Part shown: one piece after another, positions 1 through 12,563 of the stretch
How the letters are laid out: each line of letters opens with the position of its first letter
How positions within the stretch are numbered: the stretch's first letter is position 1
NCBI GenBank assembly: GCA_008632985.1
Contig: QPGO01000115.1
Location: forward strand, 62,001 to 126,000
Source: Psammoneis japonica
Taxonomy: Eukaryota
DNA: 64,000 bases
Reading direction: 5' to 3'
Notes under the pieces: generated by a model
Told to the model about the DNA's origin: nothing
The model's input: the letters and a program-made list of their open reading frames with translations, nothing else
The model's database searches: none
Position numbers and translations under genes: made by a program

Positions 1-1450
1 TTGCTTTGGAAGGAGGACAATGGATGACAGCGGACCAGGAAACCCTCGCCACGGCCTGCTGATGGACGAGTGTTGGTGTTGTGGCACTTGTGCTTTCTGT
101 GTTTGTTCATGGTTTTCCTCTTTGTCAGCTCTTGATTGTAGTCTGATCTTTAGAATGTGCAGACATGTGTGATGCAGCTCTCTGTAAATTAGAAACCTGA
201 CAAGATTCTGATGGCAGGCATGCTTTCGCAGTTTTTTAGTTGGACAGGTTGGCGAGCCAGTCTTTGTTTGCAGGCGACTTGGCAAGGTTTCAAGTGAGTG
301 GTGCATGTGACTTGGACACTGCTCCATTTGCCAGGACCAGGTCATCATCTGCAATTCCATAAGACGCCACTCTGCCATTTGAAATCTGCACATGATGTGC
401 AACACACTGTTTTTGTAAGTTGCTAAAAAAGAGGCTGGCAGCAACTTGCTTTTGGCAAATGCTCGCTGTGTTTGTCACTGTTGGACCTTCTGAACCAGTG
501 CCACATTGATGGCCATGCTGCTGCTTTGCATGCCGGCACCTTCTCTGCCAGCATTCCAATGGCTGCGTCCACCTTCATGTTGCTGCGGTTCATCTTGACA
601 CCTGTTGTTGGCTCCGATTGGTTCCGCTGGGCTGTGGGTGAGTCTCAATCACCTCCAGATGGAGGAGCTTCTTCTTGGGAATCATCCTGAGAAATGCCAT
701 TGCCACACCTCCTAGATGCTCCTCTGCCATGCCCATGCCCATGCAAGGAGCATCGACCAGTCCATTGGTGCTCGTTGATCCCATGCCTTCGTTGTCCCAA
801 CCAGCATCGCCTCTGCCGCCTCCAGGCCCGCTTGCATCCACAGCAGTCGGAGCACGAGCAGGATTGTTTCTTGTTGTTGTTTTGTTGTGCTGGATTGTAG
901 TGCTCAATGACAAATGGCAGCAATGTCGTCCACCGTCAATTTTGGATCTGGTGAAAATGGGCCCAAACTTCAGGATCGCAAATCTGCTGTGTTTGGGTTG
1001 TGACAGCAGGTGCAACGGTGCCGGCCAACACAGGAGGGACCATCGCATCAGATGTGGCAGGCGTGGATACGTCAGGTGGTGCAGGGGACGAAGAACGGGA
1101 GGTCATCATGGTCGAGTCGTCAAAACGCGCGATGTTTTGGTGTGTGCGCAGTCTTCCAAAAAGTGCGTTTCCGCACCCTCGGAGTTTGGAGGTCAGAGTT
1201 TCAGGGGAGCTGTGGAATGAGGATTTTCACTTGTGGAACACACACATTCATGTGGACATTAACATTGAAACTCAACGGACGGCGAAGCCGTGCGCACACA
1301 ACCACGAACACACGCACAGCTCCCCTGCCACAGGGGTGGGCTGGAACGCGTCTGTGGAAGCCACTGCCAGCTTTTTGTTTGACGTTTGACCCCCTGGGCT
1401 GCCCTGCAGCCCCCAGCCCAGCAAAAGTGTGATCCAGCTGAAAGCCACAT
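1..1450. other. Degenerate TpA/CpG-poor, TG/CA-rich repeat-like sequence of unassigned family
   Basis: Composition resembles the TE-derived blocks downstream; no coherent protein in any frame; normal composition resumes near 1450. Confidence 0.4.
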
Positions 1451-1813
1451 GGCAGGGGTGTCTATCTATGATGGCACTTGACTGTTAGTCATTCTGCAGG
1501 CAGACATTCTTTTTCTCTTTCACTGGTCCCATTGGAAGGTGTGTGACAACATTCTGTTCGCGCAAGTCGCGCAGTAATCCCGCGTGTGACAACCTGCTTC
1601 TTGTTTCCTTGGTGAAACGCGACCAATGCATACGAGAATGAAGAAACTACAGTCGTACCCGTGACTGAAGTGCGAACTCCAACCGCTTTTTGGTGTCAAA
1701 CAGCTGCCGCGATGTGATGGCAATCTTCTCTGCGTTGCGGTCTTTGTTTCATTGTGACTACACTACACTACATTCGAATCGAAAAGAACACTGAAACACT
1801 TCTGAACCGCACC

Positions 1814-2328
1814 ATGATGAAGACCTTTCTTCTATTTGCTCTTGCTAGCACTGTGGCTGCCTTTGGAACAGCTCCGGCTTTCACGACGAAGAGGACGTCG
1901 TTGACGGTTCTCAACTACTACCCGGACTCCAAGTTTGCACGAGCTGTCAAGTGTGCCGAGAAATATGGTCAATGCGACCTGAGTGAGCTTGAGGAACTAG
2001 CAAATGGTAGGGGATACATCTCTATTGTGTTGCTTACGTGAAAAAAGTTTTGTACAACAGTCGTTTACTGAGCTTTCCTTCTTTTTCTTTAATTCCAGAT
2101 CTCGAGGAATACCATTCGTGTTTCTTTGAAGACGACCCGGAACTCTGCGAAAAGGAAATTTCGGACCGTAAGGACTTGGCGGAATGTCTCCGGCTCCAGG
2201 AAGAATTGAGGCTTCGCGTGGATTACTTGGAACACGCCAATCTCTTTGTGGATGACGTCGTTAGCGATCAGCACGAAAAAGAGCGCGACGCCTATGTAGA
2301 TTACTTGCAGGCCTACCAGTCATGGTAA
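1814..2328 (+). CDS. Small plastid-targeted hypothetical protein, 2 exons (intron 2007-2098)
   Basis: MMKTFLLFALASTVAAF is a signal peptide with a diatom ASAFAP-type cleavage motif; a GT..AG intron joins ORFs 1754..2041 and 2038..2328 in frame (LAN-D-LEEYH); two Cys pairs in an acidic helical domain. Confidence 0.8.
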
Positions 2329-2552
2329 TCTCTTGAGAGTCGGAAAGGGAGAGAAGCTAATCGTTGCGAAAATGCTTGTTATTTGTATAAATCGATGCGG
2401 GGCAGGAAGACTTAAAGCAAAGCAAAAACGACACCAAATCACCTGTCAGAATTGATAACGTGGACAATTGCTACTTCGGCAGGTGCAATGTAGCTATAGT
2501 ATAAGATGAGTCGAAACAAGTCGCTCGTCTCCGCTTATTTGTACATATTTTC

Positions 2553-4768
2553 TTATTCGGGATCACGTTCGTCTTGAGAGGTTTGCTCAAGAACAGTTCT
2601 TAGCGCCTCCTTCAAACGTTCTGGATGGGCATTACCCCTGCTTGCCTTCATTGCCTGGCCAATGAAGAACTTCTCCATTTTCGTTACATGCTTGCCACCT
2701 TTACGGTACTGCGAAAGCTGGGATTCATGGTCCTGGCTCAGAATCACATCCTTGCACAGTTGACGGAGTTCTTCTGGATCTGAAATGACTTTCCAGCCAC
2801 GAGCATCTGCAACCTGTCGCGGGTCGGTGTTTGCAGGTTCATCGTGATAGAGGATCGACAAGATCTTTTTCGCCATGGTTGTAGACACTGTCCCATCCAC
2901 AATCATGGCAATCAGCAAACCGAGCTGGTTGCCATTGACGGTAGAGTACTCTACGGATACTGGATGATTCAGCTCGGTGTGTCCTTCCTCGTCTATGGTG
3001 ACGTTTGATGTTGCACTATCTCTCACCAACGCAAACAAATCATTGGTGAGCCAATTTGCAGTCATCACTGGAATATTGTGATGTTGTTCATGAGCAAGCT
3101 TATCAGCAAGTTCGTTGATTTTGGACTTTGCCGTTTTAACAGCTTCCTCATACATGCTAATAGCGGGTTTGTCGCTGGTGATAACCAGAGCTACATCCTC
3201 GGCAATGCCAAACTGTTTCATTAGACGTGAAGTGGCCTCCTCAGGGAGCTCTGGTAATGACTCTTCCAAGAAACCATCAAGAGTCTTCCCGTCAAATGCC
3301 TGTAACAGAACAGCAACAAGTTCAGAATTGAGAACACATGTCCTTAGCGTGATGCGGCTAGCCTCACCTCCTCATTCAAAACAATCGGAGGCAAATCAGG
3401 CTCGGGCATGAATCGGTAGTCAACCGCTCCTTCCTTGGATCGTATTGTTACCGTCTCGCCTGTTTGGACATTGAATGTTCGGGTTTCTCTTTCAGTTGGC
3501 GATCCTGATACGGATGCCTTTGCCTGTCGAAGGACCTCATACTCCGCGGCGGCCGCAACTGAACAAAAAACAGGATTTTATTTAGGGTACTGTTCACGCA
3601 TTGAATATAATTCATTTTTGCCATACCTTGTCTAATGGAATTGAGGTTCTTCACTTCAACCCGGTGTCCCGTTCCCGGCGGCAGAAAATCTTGAAAAGGA
3701 TTGTCATCGTCAAGGTTGTGATTGGTTTCACAATCAATCGGTGCGATTGACAGGTTCAAGTCGCAGCGGAGAGATCCTTCTTCCATTTTTCCATCACAAG
3801 TACCCACAAATCTTAGCAAATCTCGAAGTGTCGAGACTACGGATGCCGCTTCGCTAGCCGATCGCATGTCTGGACAAAAGACAATCTCCACAAGCGCACA
3901 ACCGGCCCTGTTGAAATCTACCAACGATTCAGTTACCGTGACTTCATTTCCATTATTGTTGACCTATTCAAATGGATAGATAGACAATGGGGTACGTTGA
4001 TGAAAGATACTGTTGGGCCTAATTGAAAACAATGACAAGCCATCTCCAGCTTACCTCTTTTCGCGTTGCCGTAGTCGTTTTGCCAGTATCTTGTTCCAGT
4101 TGTATACGATCTATTCCTACGGTAAAATATTTGCTTTGTTCATGTATTGTCTCGCTCTCTTCATGGTTTTTCTGAACTGGTTGTTGCTCGTTTTCCTTTG
4201 CCCGCTGTCCTCGTCTTCGTTTGCCACCTTTTCTGCGCGGTTCATTCTTTTGGACCGATTCCACTCTTTTTCTTCGACATGTCAACTTGCCGTTGGTCGC
4301 CAATGGCCATCGCTGTTGCGTGACTTGATATCCCAGTGGTAAATCTGCATAGGTATAATGTTTTCGCTCAAAGCGAGATACTGGTGGAATGTGACATGAG
4401 CACGATGCGGCTGTAATCACGGCCGCGTGGATTGCATCCCGAGAAACGCGAGGTAGCACTCCAGGCACTGCAACATCAAGAGGCCATATTGCCGAGTTTG
4501 GAGCAGAATCAAACTTTTCATTATGTGAAGTAGGGGCCGATGAAAAGAGTTTTGTTGGAATGGATAGCTGAGCATGGATTTCCATTCCAATCACGCTCTG
4601 AAAAAGTGGTGTCGCAGAACCCCCCTCATCTTTTCGAGAAACAATACCAGTGTCGGAATGATAAACCCATTCAGATGCTTTTTCAGCCGGCGCTGAATAG
4701 TTTGCCACGCGATTAGATGCTTTTAATGGCCATCTCAAATGAAGCCGACCACTTAGAGCACGCAGCAT
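2553..4768 (-). CDS. gatB: Glu-tRNA(Gln) amidotransferase subunit B, organellar (likely mitochondrial); introns 3964-4054, 3559-3626, 3300-3367
   Basis: Motifs IGMEIHAQL, RFERKHYTYADLPLGYQVTQ, IQLEQDTGK, VDFNRAGCALVEIV, GKMEEGSLRCDLNLS, VEVKNLNS and C-terminal FFIGQAMKASRGNAHP; GT-AG introns join the fragments. Confidence 0.95.
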
Positions 4769-5055
4769 CCTTTACCTTTTACAAGCGGTCGCCATTGGCA
4801 TTTCCTCTTTCTGCGGTGCTTATTTTTGGCGGGTTGGCTGTTGGCGGATGGTAATCGGATGACGGACGGATCCAGATGGAATGAACGCATCTTGATAGTG
4901 TCAGCAAATCGAACTCCAAATAGGCATCTTTCACCCTCTACAGTAGAGTAGCTTGAAACTCTAGAGCCCTACTTCTATCTCATGAAATATGTGTATAGTA
5001 CATACAAACTTTAGTCTATTGAACAAAGGTACATAGGACTACTCCTCATACATTG

Positions 5056-8000
5056 TTAAGCGTAGTAGTGAGGAGAACTGACAACGTCGTCGAGAGCCTC
5101 CAATTGTTCCTGCGTGAACTGCCTCCTATGAATCTCCCAGTTGTCCGACATGTGCGTTCGTTTAAATTCCGCGCAGCATTTCTTAACGGCATCGCGGACA
5201 ACCAAAGGAGCACTTCTTTCGAAAGAATGCTTTGAAATCGCGGCGAGCGCCTCAGGCACGTATTTCGGGGTATCATACGGTCGAGAAAGCACAGCCGCGC
5301 ACAGGAAGAACACGGATGTCTGCTGGTTGCGAGCCCTTTTCATTTCTTTTTCTCGCCTTTTTCTCTCCTCCGCCTCACTCAAAGCAGCTTCAACTGACCC
5401 GGTTGGCTTTGCTTTCTTTCGCTTAATCTTGGAACGATTCGCAATACCTACATACTTCTTGACGAGACTGTCCACCGTTGTCATTGGAGTCGCCGCGAGA
5501 ATGCCAGTTAGGGCCGCAATAGCGCCAGAGGAGACCTCTCTGCGCTCATCGGCTAAGAGTGCCGCAACCGTGTTTGTTGTGATTAAAGTGTGTTCCTTGT
5601 GATAAAGAAATTTGTGGTAGCCTTGAAAGCATCGCAGAAAATGGGTCGCCGCGTGCCTCACTTGCCAGTATTCGTGTTCTGCGGCCTTTCTTACAACATC
5701 AAGAACTCTCGTAATATCTTCGTCCTTGCCGTAATAAATGACAGATGAACTACTCACTTCCGCTATTGAGTATCTGAATCCTTTCACAACTTCAGCTTCC
5801 AGCGCACGTTTTGCTGCATCCATTTTGGTATCGTCTTCAGCGCCATTCGCCTTGTCGTCGACAATAATGGTCAAAGATTCAAACGCAAGCGGAAGTAGAG
5901 GGATAACGAAATCCGAATACTCATGTTTCGAGTCCCCAACGTGGAGACAATATGAGATGAACTTCCTTGCCGTTATCAGAGAATTGTACCTTTCCTTGAA
6001 GGAAGTCTCAGCGGAAGGCACGATGCTGGAGAGTCTAGGGACGACGATATTACAGGGATCGTTGGAGATGGACTTGTATTCTGTTCTGCTCGGCTTGTTA
6101 CGCGCTTTGCGTGACGCGCGTGACGCTCTTTCCATTTTACGGTGGCAGTAACAAATCCTGAACAAGCAACCAGATATGTGGTCTCGGCAGCTTTCGTAAG
6201 GATGCCCCAGGGCATCCAACAAACGAGGCAAAAGCCTCTCGCACACAAGCGTCCAGGAAAGCCCCAAATCATCAGCGGGAGCATCATACGAGACTGTGTT
6301 ACTTGCGGTACTTGATTCGCTTTTGCCCAACAGACTGTCAGAATACCATGGTAGTCGACAGACACAACCGACATCTGTTTCCTCGTCTAGCTCAACAAGA
6401 ATTGCATTAGCAAGATAAAGCCATTTCGATTGAAGCGTAAAACCATCAGTGCCAACAGAGCCACCACTCGTCGCATCACCTCCAGTAAGCTCTGCAACTT
6501 GAACTCCTTCAGATGAATTGATCTGTTGCCATAATGATGACTCAATTTTTAATATGACCCATTCTGTCAACTCGAAGAAGTAACTTGGCGGAAAGAAGTG
6601 AATACCATAGCGGAATGCGTCGAAGAAAGCACCTGACAGGGAAATAGGTATCTTCGGTATAACATCCTCTAAGAACGGTATAAGGAGAGACTTCCAGCAG
6701 TCTGTACGCTCATCTGGGTTGGCGGCAAGTTGTAGCATCGCACGACACACCCCAGCGAACAACTCTGCCGACGAGCATTGCTGATTGCGCTGGTCTTCGC
6801 TTGGAGGCGCGTTCGCCATTTCCTTCGCAAACACTAACAGAAATCTCGCTGGATTCTGTGCTTTCTCGGCTCCCAGTAGAAGGAGAAGAGATTCGACGAA
6901 CTGAGCATGTTGCACCTTGAACGTTGATGAACTCCGACTGGTACGCTGAAACGGGAAAAGTGTCCGAGATGCAACATTCGAAGCTGCATCCCGCAAAATC
7001 TCTTCCACACCGGCTGACCACTGAGCGCGATGACCGCCACCGACGCTTGTATCCTCTTTGTGGTCAAAAACAATTGCCTTCCCGAGCACTTGGCAAAACG
7101 ATTCGTCTTGCATTTTACTACAGAGATCAGAAACGTCCACTGTTGTCTTCTTATGAGAGACTGTCTTTTCACAACGGTCATCGATGTTACAAGCATGAAG
7201 TCGAGCTTCGATTGGAAGAGCATAGGAAACCAGCCGTCCAAACAAACCAACTGCGACTCGTTGGATGGGCTGTCCCATCTCATTTTCGAGAAGCTGGAAA
7301 CAAGTGTTCCATAAGCGCAAGGGTATCGCCTTGTTATCGATTGAAAGATCGCCTTCATTCACGGAACATATTAGAAACCAGCCAACGAGCAAACGATTTC
7401 TCCAGTGAACCGCACTTGCTGGAGTAGAGTCTTCATCATTAGAGCCATCCACCGGCTGTACCGGGTTGACGCCTCCATGAACATCGATATCCTGCAATAT
7501 GTCCATAAGGAAGGTTAGGCATGCTTCATGCTGAGATTGCTCTTTCTCAGTAACGCACGGAAGAGAGTAGAGCTTGGATCGGTAAGGAGAAAATATCCCA
7601 TGCAGATAGTATATCATCTTCTGCATTTCCTCCGAAGGTAGAAGAGACATGAGTTTTTCCGTCCCGCATAAAGTCCGGACTAATTCAAACCTGGATGACT
7701 CATGTTCTTGTATTGACTTGATTGCCCTTGGAAGCGCCAGAATGGAACAGACTCCTTTTGTTACTTCGGCTAAGCGCTTGCGTTTCCCTTGTGAATCAAC
7801 GTGATTAGTAAGTTGCGCGCAAGAAGGAATTCCAAACGTCACGGCATGCTGTTCATCACCAAGCTGCAAGGACAGCAACAGATGGGACACTCGTGGCTGG
7901 ACCACCCATCCAAAGCGGGTGACGACATAGTCAATGACCCCGAAACCAGAAGATCGAACTTCGCTGTTTGTGTGGCATGAAAGGGCGAATAGCCCATCCA

Positions 8001-11000
8001 CTAGTCCTTCATACCCGTCAATTGCCTCAAAATGCTCGTACTTTGGACTCAACGATAGCTTTTTCATTTCTTGCGCTAAACCTGTTTTCGCACAGAATAA
8101 CTGTTTTCGCTGCGATTTATTCGCACGAGCCCGACGACGAAGACGGCGAGGGATCTCAAAGCTGGCGTTTCGCTGCAGAGATTCATAAAATAGCTGCACC
8201 CGCGTACCAACCAAACGACGCGGTATACCTTTACCCCCGTCTTCTCCATCCTTGTACAGAACAAACTCATTAGCCTCGTACATGGATGCTCTGTAAAGTG
8301 CTGCAGCAATGGAATCAGAAACTGACGCAAGGACGTAGTCAGTCAACAATTGCTTCTGAGCCTTCCAAACAGACTTTGCCTCTTGGCATCGAAATGATGC
8401 ACCTCTTCTCGTTAAGAGAAGAAGGGCGAGGTCGGAGACTTCCTTGCACACCTTGGAGTCTGAGGACAGAAGCTGCGCACTACCCATGTCTCTCCGATGA
8501 CCGCTACTATCTTGTTCGACCTTTCGGTCCGATACATCGGAAGAAGATGAACCGTTCAACAGTGTATGCCCCTTGGAATCCGCCTCGGCCATTTCAGAAG
8601 CAATAGTGGAGCAGAGGCCGACAACAAACTCACAGATCGTTGCTCGCAATGACAACAATGACTTTTTCGTATCAGCAGTGGTCTGAGAGAGAAGAGCTAA
8701 AACCGCAGCTTCATGAGGAGATGCAGAGAAGTCTTGTTTCGTTATCGCGCATGCGCTTGCTTGGAGTTCTTTGGCCTCCTCGCTCTCAACGTCCAACAAG
8801 ATTCCTGACCCTCCTCTCAAAGCGTACCGGATGATGCGCAACGTACGTCGCCACTGCTGCATGTCTTCGCTGCTAAGCTGCTTCTCCTTATTGTCGACAC
8901 CAACACTTTGAGCGAGTTTGCATACGTCGCGAATGCTGCTCAAGACATGAGCACTTAGCAATGAAAACGAAAAGTCTATCTCGGCGCCATCCGGGACGAA
9001 CCAAGCAACAGGATCTAGTTTCAAATGAGCCGACTTCCCCAGACACAGCGCGTCTTTTGCAACAGCTGACGACTCGTTCCGCGGTTTCCCATCTGAAGGT
9101 ATTATATATGATTCGCACTGTGATGCAAGAGTATGACGAAGCAATTTGCACCCGGTCTTAAAAACGTGCCTATCCTGGCTGGCCAGCGCAAACTTCAACG
9201 CCTTATTGATTTCATCACGTTGTTCGTACACGCCATGTGCAGCACGACGAACAGCACCAGCGAGACATCTCAGACGGTATATTACTGTTTTGTCGGAGTG
9301 ATTATCCAGCTCATCCAAAAGGATTGGTACGAGAGCAGCCAAGCCCGGGCTTTTCACTTCACCACCGTTGATACAACGTGCACCTGCCGCAGCTTGGCAA
9401 AGACTCGAAGCGTCCTTGGCTGCTAAGGGAAGGGTTTCTTCTGTCAAAAATTGCGCTACGGAACGGACGGCAGATTTGTGCGTCTCTTCGTCCATGGCGG
9501 CAAACAATTGCACAAGGCATTCTTTCAAAACTCTAGAAAAATTGCGTGACTGTTGCACATCGGCGGACGAATGGCGAGAAGCAACACCTGTTGAGGTTTT
9601 CCCAGTTTTCTCACGTTCTCCACTAGTGCGAAGTAGCTCATAAATGCGGTCAAGAAAAGCCAATGACCAATCACTCAGTGCAAGGCTAGCCTCTTCCATC
9701 AGTAAGGCAACGTCAGGCTCCATCGAATCTTGTTGATGCAGAAGCGAGGTTTCTGGCAACTTTCGCAGAGCGTCAATGTACTCTGAAGACTCAGTCACCT
9801 TCGACAAATACTGAACCAGGTTCGTTCCAAGTTGAACGGTGCCATCAGAATCATCACTTGCACCCCCTGGTTCGCATCTGGCCCATTCCTCTGGACGCCC
9901 CCCAACCGGAATCCACGAAGCAAGGTTCCGGTACAAAATTAACGTTCGAATCGTCTTGTTTTGATCATTGCTATCGATCCCTGCCAAACTTAGTCTCAGA
10001 ATCTCAGGCAGTCTCGACAAAAGCACAGACGGATCTCTGCGCAACGCTGGCTGAACGATTCGAGTCATTGCTGACAGTGCGACCGGAGCCTGGTGAGCAA
10101 GATTCACCGCCGAGTAATCGAGAGCACTAGTCGCGAAATCAAGAAACGGGGGAGCAATGTGCACGGGATCGATCTGCGCTAGATACACCATGGCAGCTTC
10201 TCCCGCTCGACTCACATTCCCATTCTTACTGTACAGGGACTGCTGGCACAAGGGCAAGAGCGCATCCATCAGGGCAACGATTTCACGCGGAGGGATAGCG
10301 GAGTATGCCCTGCTGGGCTCCACTTGGCAAAGAGCAGCTGCAAGTGTTGGGTGGTCATTTTGAAGGGCATCAAAACTTGCTGCCATTCCAACTCGATGAC
10401 AAAATTCGTAGGTAAAATAGTGAAGAAACGCACCCAGAGTGAACGTCCAAGCCCCGATATTGGACGGATTAAAGTACGGAGCCACAAACGACAAGAAACG
10501 CAAAATGTCTTCAGTTCCACGTGATATTGACAAGGCGTCCTCCGTTGCTTCGTCGGAGTTCGGTTCAGAATCGTCTATTCCGATACTCGCAACAAGGAGT
10601 TTGGCGACCTTGGCAATGAAATCAATCCCTTCCTCATAAGATGATGAGATACCCACAAACGCCTTGAGACGTGCCGGGCATGATCTAGTTCTTGGACTAG
10701 AGGCATTGGGAAACGACTTGTCCCCTGAGCGACCCCCAACTGGAAGTTGAAGCCTGAAGAGTCAGCAAGCAAAAACCGCGGAAATGAGAATATGCAGACA
10801 CATGATGGAGCGAGACGTAACAGCTGCAATCTCAAGCAACCTTACCAGTATTGGCAATGCGTCAACAATCGCCGACGAAGTCGTCCCCAGTCATATTGAC
10901 TGGGGGTCACGTGCTTCCGTGCCCTACAAAACATGACGAGCCACAAGAAATCAAATTCTGGGCATCGATCAATACTGTTCCAACTTTCGACCCAATCTGG

Positions 11001-12117
11001 CATGACTTCCAAGTAAAACTCTGCGGAGCATCTTGTTGGTTGAAACAGATACAACAAAATACAGGCCCGATAACAGGAATGGGTGTGAGTATGGTATAGT
11101 AGATCGGATTGGACCATTTCCCAAACATCTCGTGCCGACGCATCAAGGCGAACATCGGTTGTAAAGGGCGGCGGACGAATCCCCTGATCGAAAAAGTGAC
11201 GAGCGTTTCGAATCAGATGCACGGACCGCCTTTGAATCGTGCCCTGTCTTGAATTCGAAGCCGTCGGTGGATTTCCAACCTTATGCTCATCCAAGTAAGG
11301 GGCTGTCCTCAGCAGCATTCGCAGCAGCACCTTCCAATGCAAAATAAGCAGCATTCTCTCGGACGCATCTTCTTCTGGATAGAGAGCTGCATTCGACACG
11401 GAAGAGAGTGGGCCCTTTTTCGTCATGAGCATAATCAAGACTGACAGCAAGGATTCTCTCGCTGGTGTTGGCAAGGCAAAATCCCTAGCGAGTTCGGCTT
11501 CGAGCTGCTGTGCGTCTTTGGGGCTCTCGTACGACTCTTCTTTGCCCGACCCATCCTCGTTGAAAAGGTACCCAACATTTTCAAAGAAAAGAGACACTTT
11601 TCGAGACTTTCCATCTGTCTCAATTGTAACTGTCGCAGTCACTAGACGTAACAGGTGTAAGATGAGGTTGCAGACTTCAACCTGAGTTAACCCACTGTGT
11701 TTTAAGTTTGCAATCGTTGTCAACTGCGACTGCAACCGGGCGCATTTCTTCATCACGGAAACCTAACGGCAAAAAAAAAAGCGAGTAATTAAAAAAAAAC
11801 ATAACAAGGCAATAAATCTTGATCTCCGAAAGAAAAGAATTAAAACTAACCATGGTAAGAGTCTCGTCCTCATCATCGGATTCCTCATCCTGCGACTCAG
11901 CACGTTCGTTCTCTCCCTCGTCGATAAAGAGGCTTTCTGTAAGTTCAATCGAGTGGGCGAGCTCGAGCGCTTGGCGAGCCTTCTTTTGAGCAAACTTGGT
12001 AATGTGAGGGACGCCATCACTATCCATATGGTGTGGAGGAAGATTTAAATGGTAGGCATGAGGCTTGAGAATCCACGTGGCAGCAGCAGCCTCATCGGTG
12101 GGTTTTTCAGCGCTCAT
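5056..12117 (-). CDS. PSME4: Proteasome activator PA200/Blm10; introns 11763-11850 and 10754-10845
   Basis: Large helical-repeat protein with YFNPSNIGAW, LAGIDSNDQNKT, PYDTPKYVP, EFKRTHMSDNW and a C-terminal HbYX motif (SPHYYA); splicing gives WLQLPVGG. Confidence 0.92.
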
Positions 12118-12563
12118 CTTGGTGAAGAGCTACGAGAAAGAAGCACGTTGAAAGCAAAGCCAGTTTCTCCTCTGTCTCAACAAACGTGGTTCGTGTCGAA
12201 TATAGCTATTAACGTGATCTTACTGTGCTGCAATGCTGTCGTCAGTTTTCACCTCTCTCGATTGAACGACGGAACGAAAAACGCGTTCTCGTCTTTGTGA
12301 GAAGAGCGAAGATGCTGGAAGAACGAAAATCGAAGCCTGCTCAGGATGGAAAGACAGACCGAAGCACGATCTCATAATACTGAATACTTCAGATCTGAAT
12401 ATGATCAAATAGCTCGCTCGCGCTCAGCAGGAATCGTCCTTCCGTCAGTCGTTTCCGCCTCGTACACAGTACGGTAGGGCTCTTTTTTTTAGTCTTCGTA
12501 CCATAAGGCACTCTAACCTCGAAACAACAAGGAGCAAAACATCAACTTAATCCTGCTGTTTAC

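Noticed and set aside
1814..2328. CP12 assignment for the small plastid protein with Cys pairs
   Set aside because: Lacks the AWD.VEEL core and the typical C-terminal CP12 motif
5141..10639. Plus-strand ORFs antisense to PSME4 (and similar shadows over GH3, GatB and DUF3754)
   Set aside because: Antisense shadows of long real CDSs with no recognisable motifs
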